Origin: Candidatus Iainarchaeum sp.
GTDB taxonomy: Archaea > Iainarchaeota > Iainarchaeia > Iainarchaeales > UBA10219
DNA length: 64,000 nt
NCBI GenBank assembly: GCA_018304425.1
Contig: JAGVWE010000002.1
Coordinates: 96,001-160,000, forward strand
Direction: 5' to 3'
Shown here: piece after piece, positions 46,519 to 55,936 of the stretch
Layout: each line of letters opens with the position of its first letter
Position numbering within the stretch: position 1 is the first letter of the stretch
The notes under the pieces: model-generated
Told to the model about the DNA's origin: nothing
The model's input: the letters and a program-made list of their open reading frames with translations, nothing else
The model's database searches: none
Made by a program: the position numbers and the translations under genes

Positions 46519-49500
46519 TTAAGCCAACGAGTCGATGGCGTCGATCAGCTCTTGAGCTGCTCGGCCGGTGTCGTTAGCCGTGTAACCAGCGACTACAATG
46601 TCGCCAGTTGCAGCGTCCACCTCGGCTACCATGTCGCCAGACTTCGTCAGCCGGTCCGCCAAGCCAGCCACTTCTTTGGCCAACTTGTTGACAATGTGTC
46701 CACCAACAACGATGTTGGTTCCGACTGGAGCCTCGCTGTCCACGTACACCATGGTGTCCGGAACCCTTGCGGGCATCTTATAGGTTGACGGCGTAGCCGC
46801 ACACGTGGCTGGAGCGCCGGTTCCGCCGGTGACAGCGCAGGTAGCCTTGCCCATTGATATCTTGGACAAGGTGATGCTGGTGCCGTCGTCCGCCGTAACG
46901 GTTTCTCCTTCCTTGACGGTGTACTCTCTGCCGCCGGTTTCAACCTCTGAGACCTCTCCTCTTCCTATCACGTACAGGTAGGATTCGGGGTGGTTCTCCG
47001 GGTAGAACACGGTGAACCTCGAGCCGTCGGTTTCCGCGAGGGAACCGAAGTCCGAGAACGCCTTGCTCATGTAGATTTCGGGCCTGTCACTTCTCAGAGT
47101 CCAGATGTTGCTTGCAACAGTGGCTGTGTACTCTGTGTCGTGGTAGGATACCTCGAAGGTTGGCAAGGTCCTCTCGGGGTTGGAGGCGTCAACCAGTCTG
47201 TCGTTGGCCGTGTCCACGTATACCGTGTATTCGTAGGTGGCTCCGACAGTGGTCTGCGTCTCTTCACCCTCGTCGACTTCGAAGATGGCCGTTGTATAGG
47301 CATCGTCGGACTCGCTCATGTTGAATTTCGGGTGACCTGTTCCTAACCCGGATACACCGAAGACGGAATCGTCTATCATGTAGAAGGTTGCGTCCGTGAT
47401 GTCATCCAAGTCCAGGTCTTCCGCGGTAGTTGCGCTGGCTGGGTTCGAGACTCCCCGGAACTTCAACGAACCGCCTTCTTGGGTGTTGATGTTCTGGTCG
47501 TCCAGAATCAGTTCGAAGTCGCTTCTACCTGATTGGTCGACGATGATGGGCACATACTCGAACTTGGCGTCGTTCAAGCCTTCCAGCCTGATTGGGCACC
47601 AGTCGAACATGTTTCCGTCGTCCAAGTACAGCCTATTGTCTTGGGCGTTGCCGCAGGTGTAGCTGCCTGTAGCCGACTGATAGTTGGCCCACACGTTGTT
47701 CAGGTCGTACTGAACGGCCGTGGTGGTGTCAACCGTGGTCAAGCCGATCTGGTAGGTGTTCGAGTTCAACGGGTCTGGGTAAATGGTTCCCGAGACCGCG
47801 GTGCCCTCAATCATCCGCAGACTTGACTTGGCCGTCAACCGCGTCCTAATCACGGTTGGAGCGCCGATGTTGGCGTCCTGGACTACGTACGAGATGCCGT
47901 CGAAGTTACAGATTTCGCCGTCATTCACGTCGAAGTTGCTGGCCGATGGAGCGCTTGCTCCGTTGGCCCCGCACCAGTCCAGGCCTCCGCCGAGTGTGCC
48001 GATGGAGATACCCACACCAGCGTTGCTGTTCATGTCGACGGTCAGACCGTTCAGCCTGTTACCGTCTCCAACCAATAGGTTGGTGTCCGAGGTGTTCGCC
48101 TCGTAGTAATACGATTGCGCACCCTGGTCGAAGGTGAACACTCTACCGGAACCGGCTGCCGTGATGGTAGTCAGGTTCGGGATGTAGAATGGCACCTTGT
48201 GCCGGACATCGACTTCGTCCGAGAAGTCTATGTAACCGATTGAGTCGGTTGGCCCTCTGCCGAGGCCGAGGAACCTGTAGACTTCTGTCTCAAAGCCGCC
48301 GTACTCGACCTGGATGAAAGGCTCGCCTTCGTCGGTCTTGAGGACCGCTTTCTCGAAGCCCCTGTTGGGGTTCAAGGCAGCGAACTTTCCGCCGGCCCTT
48401 CCGGTGTCTCTGAGATACGAGTCGTCGTTGTCGAACGTCAGAGCTTCGTTGGTTATAACGACTCTCTGCAGGGTGTTGTTGTCTGGGTTGCCCGAAGCAC
48501 AAAAGGCCGTTGAGCCCGTGTTCGTGCAGTCCGTGTCTCCGGAGAAGACCAGGCTAGTGTCCCAGTCGTAGATACCGTCGGTATCGTCTTCGTCGAACGG
48601 GAATCCCCTGTTCTCCTGCAACTCAATCCTGTTGTCTCCCACGATGACGGTGGGCCTGAAGATTTCCTGGAAACCCTCGTCGATTCTCTTGTTGATTTCC
48701 TGGACGAACAGGCCTGACCGCAGGACTTCGTCGCCGTTCTCGTCTTCCCAGACTCCTTCGTCGTCGCCGGCTGCGAACTGGTCTTCGTCGACCAAGTTAC
48801 CCTGGGCGTCGTACAAGGCAATGCTGATGACATTGGTTGAGCCTTGCGCGTAACCTTCGCCGATGACGGCCTTCATTTCCTGGCCCTCGTACTTGCCTTT
48901 TCCGATGAGCCCGGTGATTTCGTCGCCCTCTGAGTAGACCTTTTCCGAGGCTGCTCTGAGGAGTTCGACCAAGGCGTCCGTGCCTCCAATGGTGTTCCTA
49001 TTGATCTTTCTGATCAAGTAGAGTTCACCGAAGAAGTACAGCTCCTGCCGGTCGGAAATGCTGTCGTCGAGGTAGGCTGAACCATTGGATTCCACCGCGT
49101 TCAAACCGTCGCCCAGGTCAATGACGTACTGGACACCCGAAGCGGGGATCTTGAATTGGAGGTCCTCTACTTCGTCGTCGGTGTTGAACTTGGCGTCACC
49201 CTGGACTTGCACCTGTTCTTCGACGGTTACGTCGGAGGTGGTGTTGCCAACCCTCTTGGTGACGGTTTCCTTTCTCAGGAAGGGAAGCGCGCCCTGTTGG
49301 AGGGTCACAATTCCGTCGGTTCCCGAGGAAACCCCTTCTTCTTTTCGGTCGAACTCGGTCGTGATACCGGTGTTCAAGTCGAATTTGACGGATTTAACGT
49401 TTTCTCCGCCGATCGTCAGGGTTCTTCCCAAAGAGAAGACCGCTGAAACGTCTTCAATGGTCGGAGTAGCAGTTCCGCCCGAGACTCCACCTGCAACCGA

Positions 49501-49746
49501 TGTCGAGACCGTTCCGGTAGTATATGCCTTCGAAGCTAACTTCGCGGCAATCCGGCCGGCCCAAACCCAGTCGCTGTAGCCCGCATCCGCACCAGCTACG
49601 ACTTTGACAATAGGCTCGCCCGTAGTTGAATCATACAGGTCGCTTTTTGTCAGGCTGATGGCGGAAACGATTGGAGCGAGAGCAGTTCCGACTAACGCTG
49701 CACCGATTCCAACGGCAGCGAGTTTCTTGATGCTCAATCCTTTCAT
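46519..49746 (-). CDS. S-layer protein
   Basis: MKGLSIKKLAAVGIGAALVG signal; VVAGADA..SD N-domain and NIVVGG..VNKL..VAGYTA.DT C-domain (Methanococcus/DPANN S-layer type); acidic and Thr-rich; GAGGTG SD. Confidence 0.9.
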   Translation of the reverse strand: MKGLSIKKLAAVGIGAALVGTALAPIVSAISLTKSDLYDSTTGEPIVKVVAGADAGYSDWVWAGRIAAKLASKAYTTGTVSTSVAGGVSGGTATPTIEDVSAVFSLGRTLTIGGENVKSVKFDLNTGITTEFDRKEEGVSSGTDGIVTLQQGALPFLRKETVTKRVGNTTSDVTVEEQVQVQGDAKFNTDDEVEDLQFKIPASGVQYVIDLGDGLNAVESNGSAYLDDSISDRQELYFFGELYLIRKINRNTIGGTDALVELLRAASEKVYSEGDEITGLIGKGKYEGQEMKAVIGEGYAQGSTNVISIALYDAQGNLVDEDQFAAGDDEGVWEDENGDEVLRSGLFVQEINKRIDEGFQEIFRPTVIVGDNRIELQENRGFPFDEDDTDGIYDWDTSLVFSGDTDCTNTGSTAFCASGNPDNNTLQRVVITNEALTFDNDDSYLRDTGRAGGKFAALNPNRGFEKAVLKTDEGEPFIQVEYGGFETEVYRFLGLGRGPTDSIGYIDFSDEVDVRHKVPFYIPNLTTITAAGSGRVFTFDQGAQSYYYEANTSDTNLLVGDGNRLNGLTVDMNSNAGVGISIGTLGGGLDWCGANGASAPSASNFDVNDGEICNFDGISYVVQDANIGAPTVIRTRLTAKSSLRMIEGTAVSGTIYPDPLNSNTYQIGLTTVDTTTAVQYDLNNVWANYQSATGSYTCGNAQDNRLYLDDGNMFDWCPIRLEGLNDAKFEYVPIIVDQSGRSDFELILDDQNINTQEGGSLKFRGVSNPASATTAEDLDLDDITDATFYMIDDSVFGVSGLGTGHPKFNMSESDDAYTTAIFEVDEGEETQTTVGATYEYTVYVDTANDRLVDASNPERTLPTFEVSYHDTEYTATVASNIWTLRSDRPEIYMSKAFSDFGSLAETDGSRFTVFYPENHPESYLYVIGRGEVSEVETGGREYTVKEGETVTADDGTSITLSKISMGKATCAVTGGTGAPATCAATPSTYKMPARVPDTMVYVDSEAPVGTNIVVGGHIVNKLAKEVAGLADRLTKSGDMVAEVDAATGDIVVAGYTANDTGRAAQELIDAIDSLA

Positions 49747-49777
49747 TTCTGTTTCACCTCGCATTTGCATGCAAAAT

Positions 49778-49848
49778 AAGCCTACAAATAGATGTATCGA
49801 ATAAGGATGGATAGGACATGTAGGTAAACAACGTCCATTTGTAGGCTT
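49778..49848 (-). promoter_or_regulatory. 5'-UTR stem-loop of the S-layer mRNA
   Basis: Perfect 12-bp inverted repeat AAGCCTACAAAT (49778-49789 / 49837-49848), extendable to ~18 bp; TTTTTAAA box at ~49873-49880. Confidence 0.65.
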
Positions 49849-50108
49849 CTCACACCCTTATCGTTGACTTCCTTTAAAAACCTACCTGTTTAAGGCATTT
49901 AACTGAATTCTAGGCCTGTTTTTCCTGGGCCAAAATTCAGGCAATTGCTGTAAGGCTTTCCGGCAATGCCCGAATGGGGGCTAAAATGCCGGTATACGCC
50001 AAACAATGGCCTTAAATGGGTGGCTGATGCTTCTATTATTGTACGGTAGGGGTTAAAAGGGTTACGGGTTTTCTCGGCAAAAACCGATAAAAGGGTTGAA
50101 AGTCGAAC

Positions 50109-50753
50109 TCACCGAAATCTGCCTTTGAGCTTCTTGGAGAAGTCCAGCAGCTCTTTTTTCGTCATTTGCCTAATTATATATTCATTGTAACTGTACACCA
50201 TGTTGGCCGCGTCCACCAAGCCGTCCTGGAGGTCGTCCGCGGAAATGGTCCATTTGTCGGGTTTAAGGACTTCCAGGCTGGAGGGCCCGTAAAAGAACAA
50301 GAGTCGCATCAAGGCACGGAAGTCCTTTACCGAGAGGTTTACCTCGAGAAAACTCGAGTAATGCTCCCCGGTTTGGATGAGTTTCTCCAAGACGCACTCG
50401 TACACCGTGAAATCGGGTTCCTTGCGCAGGGCGGCCTCCATCTCGGCCAACGCCTTTTCAACCCCGGTTCGCTCGGTTGCCTGGGCTTCAATGGTTATCT
50501 TGAGGCGCACGGGATTCGAGTCCTCTTCCCCGATTTCCTTGCGCTTCTTCGCCCGCTCGGCTATTTCCTCCTTTAAACGGTACTGGGTGGGAAAGCCTTC
50601 CTTGACCACGACCCCCAACTGCAGCATTTCCCGCAACTGACGAGTTAACGCATCATAGGGGATGTCAAGCTGCTGGTTGAGCTGTTCAATGGTCTTAGGC
50701 TCATGCAACAACAACAAGGCAATGCGCTTTTGCTCCTCGGAATAGGCGACCAT
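50109..50753 (-). CDS. Hypothetical protein with N-terminal winged HTH and ferredoxin-like C-domain
   Basis: IALLLL.EPKT..QL..QL...Y..L...L..G.V HTH pattern; YGPSSLEVL.P motif. Confidence 0.7.
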   Translation of the reverse strand: MVAYSEEQKRIALLLLHEPKTIEQLNQQLDIPYDALTRQLREMLQLGVVVKEGFPTQYRLKEEIAERAKKRKEIGEEDSNPVRLKITIEAQATERTGVEKALAEMEAALRKEPDFTVYECVLEKLIQTGEHYSSFLEVNLSVKDFRALMRLLFFYGPSSLEVLKPDKWTISADDLQDGLVDAANMVYSYNEYIIRQMTKKELLDFSKKLKGRFR

Positions 50754-50818
50754 ATATCTTCTCCTATAATTAATAAGGTTATTAAAGGAGGAGCCCCCCA
50801 ATTGATGGGGGTTAAACC

Positions 50819-51151
50819 ATGGCATTGACTCTTTTGGCCGGGGAACTCGGGGAACTCACCCAAACGGCGGGCCAACAAGCCGCGCAGGCCACGAGCCTCT
50901 TCTCCAACCTCACCGGCAACTGGTGGGTGCTAGTGGCTGGCATCGCCTTGATTGCCGGAACCGTCCTCCTGGTCGGCTACCTGAAGAACCTGCTCGCCAA
51001 CTCCGTGATTGGCCTGGTGGCCTGGGCCGTCCTCCACTACCTGCTCGGCGTCCAACTGCCCTTCTGGCCCAGCCTCGTGGTTTCCGCCATCTTCGGCCTC
51101 GCAGGCATCGGCGTCCTGCTGGTGCTCCGGTTCCTGGGAATTGCCTTCTAG
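50819..51151 (+). CDS. Small membrane protein, BofA-like
   Basis: Three TM helices; LLANSVIG..IFGLAG pattern. Confidence 0.65.
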   Translation: MALTLLAGELGELTQTAGQQAAQATSLFSNLTGNWWVLVAGIALIAGTVLLVGYLKNLLANSVIGLVAWAVLHYLLGVQLPFWPSLVVSAIFGLAGIGVLLVLRFLGIAF

Positions 51152-51220
51152 CCCCCTGCCAGGGGACCCGACCGGAAAACGGAAACGTTCTATATTCTGT
51201 TTGGCTCCCAAGCTAGTGGG

Positions 51221-52501
51221 ATGGGCTTGCGCGAATTCAACCTGGACCTGCACTTCCACGGCCCCTGGGCTGGCGGAGTCAGCAAGAACATGCTCATCCC
51301 GGTCATCGCCGAACAGGCCCAGCTAAAGGGCTTGGACGTGGTCAGCACCGCGGACGCGACCCATGGAGACTGGCTGAAGCACCTCAAGCAAGAGCTGGTC
51401 GAAGAAGAGAACGGGGTCTACCGGCACCCGGGCTTTGAAACGCGGTTCCTGGTGGGCACGGAGGTCTGCTGCAACCGGCGCGTGCACCACCTCATCTACC
51501 TCCCGGACCTGGCCACGGCCGAAACCCTGCGGCTGAAGCTGATGGGGAAAGGCAGCCTGGACTGCGCCATGTGCGGCCGGCCCCAGTTGCGCATGTCCCC
51601 CGAAGAAATCGCCGGCGTGGTGCACGACCTCGGAGGCATCATCGGGCCCGCGCACGCCTTCACCCCCTATTTTTCGGTGTACGCGCACTTTGACTCGGTG
51701 AAGCAAGCCTATGGAGCAGAGGGCAAGAAGATTTCGTTCATGGAACTGGGGTTGAGCGCGGACAGCTACTTCGCGGACTTGATTGCGGAAAACCACGAGT
51801 ACGCGTTCCTGACCTGTTCGGACTCGCACAGCCCCTGGCCGCACCGCATCGGCCGGGAGTTCACGCGCATGAAGATGGAAAAGCCGGGTTTCGAGGGGCT
51901 GCGGCGGGCGCTGGCCGACCGGGAAGACGGGTTGATCACCCTCAACGCGGGCCTCGACCCCCGGGAGGGAAAGTACCACTTGACGGCCTGCAACGCCTGC
52001 TACAAGAAGTACTCCGTGGAGGCCGCGGAAAAGTTCAAGTGGAAGTGCGTGACCTGCAAGGGTGAGGTCAAGAAAGGGGTGAGGGACCGCATCCGGGAGC
52101 TCGCGGACTTCGGCGAAGAAGTGCATCCCAGGCACCGGCCGCCCTACCAGCACCTGGTGCCCCTGGCGGAAATCATCCAGGCCGCGGTGGGCGCGGAAAA
52201 CCCGTTGGCGGAAAAAGTGCAGCGGCCCTGGCTGAAGTTCGTGGAAACCGTTGGCAACGAAATCAAGGTATTGGTGGACGCACCCATCGTCGAGTTACAG
52301 GAAATCGACGAAAGAATCGCGGCCTATGTGGAGGCCTTCCGGGCGGGGCGCGTGCTCTACCTCCCCGGCGGGGGCGGCCAGTATGGGAAGCCCATCATCT
52401 GCTTGTCGGAAGAAGAGCTTGAACGGAAGAAAACCGAGTTAGGGGATGCGCTCGAAGGAAAGGGCGACGCCGAAAAGCAGCGGACGCTGTTGGACTACTA
52501 G
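51221..52501 (+). CDS. PHP-domain endonuclease Q (TIGR00375 family)
   Basis: DLHFH, GPAHAFTP, ELGLSAD, SDSHS..HRIGRE, GKYHLTAC..C..C..C, PGGGGQYG. Confidence 0.9.
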   Translation: MGLREFNLDLHFHGPWAGGVSKNMLIPVIAEQAQLKGLDVVSTADATHGDWLKHLKQELVEEENGVYRHPGFETRFLVGTEVCCNRRVHHLIYLPDLATAETLRLKLMGKGSLDCAMCGRPQLRMSPEEIAGVVHDLGGIIGPAHAFTPYFSVYAHFDSVKQAYGAEGKKISFMELGLSADSYFADLIAENHEYAFLTCSDSHSPWPHRIGREFTRMKMEKPGFEGLRRALADREDGLITLNAGLDPREGKYHLTACNACYKKYSVEAAEKFKWKCVTCKGEVKKGVRDRIRELADFGEEVHPRHRPPYQHLVPLAEIIQAAVGAENPLAEKVQRPWLKFVETVGNEIKVLVDAPIVELQEIDERIAAYVEAFRAGRVLYLPGGGGQYGKPIICLSEEELERKKTELGDALEGKGDAEKQRTLLDY

Positions 52502-53733
52502 CCCGTGGGCCGCCCGATGCCGGAGGGCAGCAGGGACGTGAACGGGATGTAGCCCTTGATGCCCTTGGAAGGCTTCCATTGCGAGGTAAAGGTGTAACAC
52601 CACCTGCGCGCGCTCGCGTTCTGGGAACTTATTTTCGCGCAAAGCTGCTGGTCTTGCTTGGCCACCCCGACTTCCCGGTAACAGTTGTCGGCGTTGGAGA
52701 GCATCGAACACAACTCCGCGTCCTTGGATTTCTTGGCCAACAGGACCAGGCATCCCTCGTCCAGGCTGTCATCGGTTTTCCGGCAGTACTTGGGGTCCCG
52801 CAAGGCCAGTGCCCGGCAGGCCTTCTTGTTCATGCCCTCCAGCGAGTCGCAGGCCTCGTTGTCCGCGTGGTTGAAGGCAACGGTTTGCAGGCACCGCGCT
52901 TTATAGGCGGAATCAGAGATGAGGTCGCAGAGGGAGGGTCCGAAAGCGGTTGCCTTGTCGGGGAGCAGGCCCAGGCACCGGTCCTGGAGCGAGGCCTCTT
53001 CTCCCCCGTGCTTGACCGGGTCATAGTCCAGGCAGTGCTTGGTGAGGGTGATGGCGAAAATATGGCAAGTGGCCTGGTTCTCGGAGTTGACGGCATTGCA
53101 CCGGTCCTGGTTCTTGGTCACGGCGGCCACGCACGTGAACTTGCCGTCAAAGCCCGTTATTTCATCGCAAATGTAGGGGTTGTTGCGGCTGGTGGCAAGA
53201 AAGCCATAACACATGTCTCTTTCCCCGCCCCATTGCTCGCAGCTCTCGATGGGCACGAATTTCGAGACCGCGTCAACGATGGATTTCACCTTGAAGGCGT
53301 CGGGCGCGAAGAGAAACTGGGACACGGCGGTCATGAACGGCGAGTCCGGGCGGAGGTCACTGGAGTACTCCACCACTTGCCTGGCCTTCAAGTCAACCAC
53401 CAGCCACAGGTCTGCCTCGTTTTCCTTGCCGCCCACCGAGTCGTGGATGGTCACCTTGAACCGGTTCTCGCCCCAGGTGAGGACCTCGAACTTCAAGTCG
53501 TAGAGGACCTTGTCCTGCTCGGGTGACAGGACTTCGCGCAGGGTGGGGTCGTTGAAGGCCCCGGCAAACCGCGTGAGCTTGAAGACCAGGGGGTCTTCCT
53601 TGGCAAGGGCCAGGGCTTCCGCCTTGAGCGCTGCCGGGTCCTTGCCCGGGTCGTTGCCTGGAACCAGGCAACCGGCCAACAACAGCAAGGCCAATGCCGG
53701 GAAAACCAATGCCGGGAAAAAAACGGGTTTCAC
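52498..53733 (-). CDS. Cys-rich repeat lipoprotein
   Basis: Lipobox LLAGC; about 8-9 C-x(8-10)-C-x(10)-C repeats. Confidence 0.78.
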   Translation of the reverse strand: MKPVFFPALVFPALALLLLAGCLVPGNDPGKDPAALKAEALALAKEDPLVFKLTRFAGAFNDPTLREVLSPEQDKVLYDLKFEVLTWGENRFKVTIHDSVGGKENEADLWLVVDLKARQVVEYSSDLRPDSPFMTAVSQFLFAPDAFKVKSIVDAVSKFVPIESCEQWGGERDMCYGFLATSRNNPYICDEITGFDGKFTCVAAVTKNQDRCNAVNSENQATCHIFAITLTKHCLDYDPVKHGGEEASLQDRCLGLLPDKATAFGPSLCDLISDSAYKARCLQTVAFNHADNEACDSLEGMNKKACRALALRDPKYCRKTDDSLDEGCLVLLAKKSKDAELCSMLSNADNCYREVGVAKQDQQLCAKISSQNASARRWCYTFTSQWKPSKGIKGYIPFTSLLPSGIGRPTG

Positions 53734-53749
53734 CGTCCTTCACCTACCC

Positions 53750-54523
53750 CTACCGCACATAGGATAAGCCACTGGGCGGGCTGTCCTCGGGCTCCTGGAA
53801 TTGTTTTTCGAGTTCCTTGAAGGCCTTCTCGATTTCCTGGGCTTCCTTCTCGATTTTGCTCATGTCCAGCTTGAAGCCAAACCGCTTGATGAGCAACTCC
53901 AACAGCTTTTTGGCCGCGCCGTGGTCGCCGTAAATGAGGCGGGCATTGGTTTCCCCCATGAGGCAAACGCCTTCCAGGTCCTCCCCGGCGCCAAGCCCCA
54001 GAATCAAGCCGGCCGCCCCGGAAATCAGGCCCTCTGGCTTGTCGACGATGGCGCCCAACGCCTTCCACTCGTCCACGGCCTTCTTGGAGGTGCCGGCCAC
54101 GACGACCTTGGGCTCTTCGAACATCCGCTTCTCGCCGACGTTGATGCCGGCCAGCGTGCACACCAGGGTCACGCCCCGGTCCTTGATGGCGCTGACAATG
54201 GCTTGCGCGAACTCATAGTGTTCGGCGGTGCCCCCCAGGCGGACGTCCAGCGAGGGCTGGACCGGCCCCGCCAGGAAGAAAAAGTCCTTCCCTTGCCCGG
54301 AAAAATAGTAGACTTCGTCTTTAATCAACTCGATGAGGCTGTTCCGCGTGTGAACGCTGGGCGGAAAGGAATCGGAGACTATTTCCGCGACCTTCTCGGC
54401 TTTCAACTGCTTGAGCAGGTAATCGACGACTATTTTCCCCACCAAGCCGATGCCCGGCAGGCCCGTGAAAAGAACCGCATCCCTGGCCTTGACTTCCCGC
54501 AAAAACCTTACCTTCGTCGCCAT
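53750..54523 (-). CDS. Proteasome assembly chaperone PAC2 family protein
   Basis: GLPGIGLVGKI, ISGAAGL, CLMGET. Confidence 0.92.
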   Translation of the reverse strand: MATKVRFLREVKARDAVLFTGLPGIGLVGKIVVDYLLKQLKAEKVAEIVSDSFPPSVHTRNSLIELIKDEVYYFSGQGKDFFFLAGPVQPSLDVRLGGTAEHYEFAQAIVSAIKDRGVTLVCTLAGINVGEKRMFEEPKVVVAGTSKKAVDEWKALGAIVDKPEGLISGAAGLILGLGAGEDLEGVCLMGETNARLIYGDHGAAKKLLELLIKRFGFKLDMSKIEKEAQEIEKAFKELEKQFQEPEDSPPSGLSYVR

Positions 54524-54536
54524 GCTATCCCCTTCC

Positions 54537-55313
54537 TCACTCCATCTTCTCGAACGCTGCTTCCCCCTTGGCCTTGGCCATCAGGGTTGAAACGTCTCCC
54601 GCGACTTCCCGCAACACGCGTTCCGCCTGCTTGTAATCGGTTGAACTCACTTTCACCATCCACTTGCCCGAGCCCAGGTACAACATGCCGACGCCGGCCT
54701 CGCGCTTGGCGTTCTTGGCCTGCACCAACGCGTTCTTTATCTCCAACGCGCCCTCGGGCCGCGGCGATGAAACCGTTAACACGCCTTTGACGGTGCGAAT
54801 CGGCGTCTCGATGTTCTTTTCGACGACCTCCATGAGCGCTGGCAACCACTTCTTGTCCACGCCCGTGGCAGCGGCATCGCCTTCCACGAGCATGGCTTGG
54901 AAGGCCTCGTACAGGGAATCGTATTTTTCGAGCAACGGCTTCTCGATGGCGGCCAGGACTTCCTCCAAGGGAACCTTTTTCTCGCGGGCCACGAGCTCCA
55001 ATAGCTTCTGGCTGCGCTTGGTCTGCTTGTATTCCTCTATCTTGAGGCGCTGCGTGGTGGGGTTGACCTTGTTGAACGACAAATCGATTTGCTCTTTCTT
55101 GTAATCGATGTTCACGACCTGGGCCACCCGCACCTGGTTTTCCTTCACGAAGTTGCGGATGTTCTTGATCCAGCTGCTGGCCACCTGCGAGATGTGCACG
55201 AAGCCCTGCACCCCCGGATACTCCAAGAGCTCGACGAACACCCCGTAGTCGAGGATTTTGACGACCTTGCAGACCACGATTTCAGTGGGTTCCGGAATCT
55301 GGATGTCAGGCAT
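54537..55313 (-). CDS. eif2a: Translation initiation factor aIF-2 alpha subunit
   Basis: S1 domain YGVFVELLEY..GFVHISQVASSWIKNIR; IDLS. Confidence 0.94.
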   Translation of the reverse strand: MPDIQIPEPTEIVVCKVVKILDYGVFVELLEYPGVQGFVHISQVASSWIKNIRNFVKENQVRVAQVVNIDYKKEQIDLSFNKVNPTTQRLKIEEYKQTKRSQKLLELVAREKKVPLEEVLAAIEKPLLEKYDSLYEAFQAMLVEGDAAATGVDKKWLPALMEVVEKNIETPIRTVKGVLTVSSPRPEGALEIKNALVQAKNAKREAGVGMLYLGSGKWMVKVSSTDYKQAERVLREVAGDVSTLMAKAKGEAAFEKME

Positions 55314-55368
55314 GCGCGCTCCCAAGAAGTTAGCCAGAAATAAGATTATAAAAGCAGCGTAAACGGGT

Positions 55369-55935
55369 TCATTCCTCGATTTCGGCCAGCTTCCGGCCGT
55401 CCAAGAGCTTGGCTATCTCGTAGGGCAGCTCGGCTTTCTGGCCCTTCGAGTAGGGTCCGTACTCCTTCATGTCGATGCCGACGAAGCTCGGGATGTCGGC
55501 CAAAATCTTGATGGAAACGCGTTCGAGTTTCCTCGCCCTCTTGTTGCCCGAGGCGTTGGCGGCGAAGAAGCCGTTGAGCAGCCCCTCATGAGCGTCCAGG
55601 AGCTTCATGATTTCGTTGAACAGCCGCCTTTCCGGCTGCGCCATGTGCTCTTCGGAGGCCTCCTTGGTACGCGAGGCGATGAGGGCCCGGGACAGGATTT
55701 TTTTCTCGCGCATGGCGAAGATTTCTTCCACCATCTTCTTGAGGTTCGTGAAGTCCCTGGACTTGGCGACGGAAAAATCGCGGAGGGACTCGAGGTAGGA
55801 CTCCTTCTCGGCGTCAAGGAATTCCGCGAGCGCGTTATAGAAGTCGGGCTCCACTTCGACGAGCTTGGACGTGTTCTTTTCGAGGCGGTGGATGCGGCGG
55901 ATTTCGTCGTAATTGAGTTCGGCCAAGGCAATCAC
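55369..55935 (-). CDS. GINS complex subunit (Gins51/Gins15)
   Basis: L.EVEPDFY, R..KI, IPSFVGIDMKEYGP B-domain; downstream of priS. Confidence 0.85.
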   Translation of the reverse strand: MIALAELNYDEIRRIHRLEKNTSKLVEVEPDFYNALAEFLDAEKESYLESLRDFSVAKSRDFTNLKKMVEEIFAMREKKILSRALIASRTKEASEEHMAQPERRLFNEIMKLLDAHEGLLNGFFAANASGNKRARKLERVSIKILADIPSFVGIDMKEYGPYSKGQKAELPYEIAKLLDGRKLAEIEE

Positions 55936-55936
55936 T

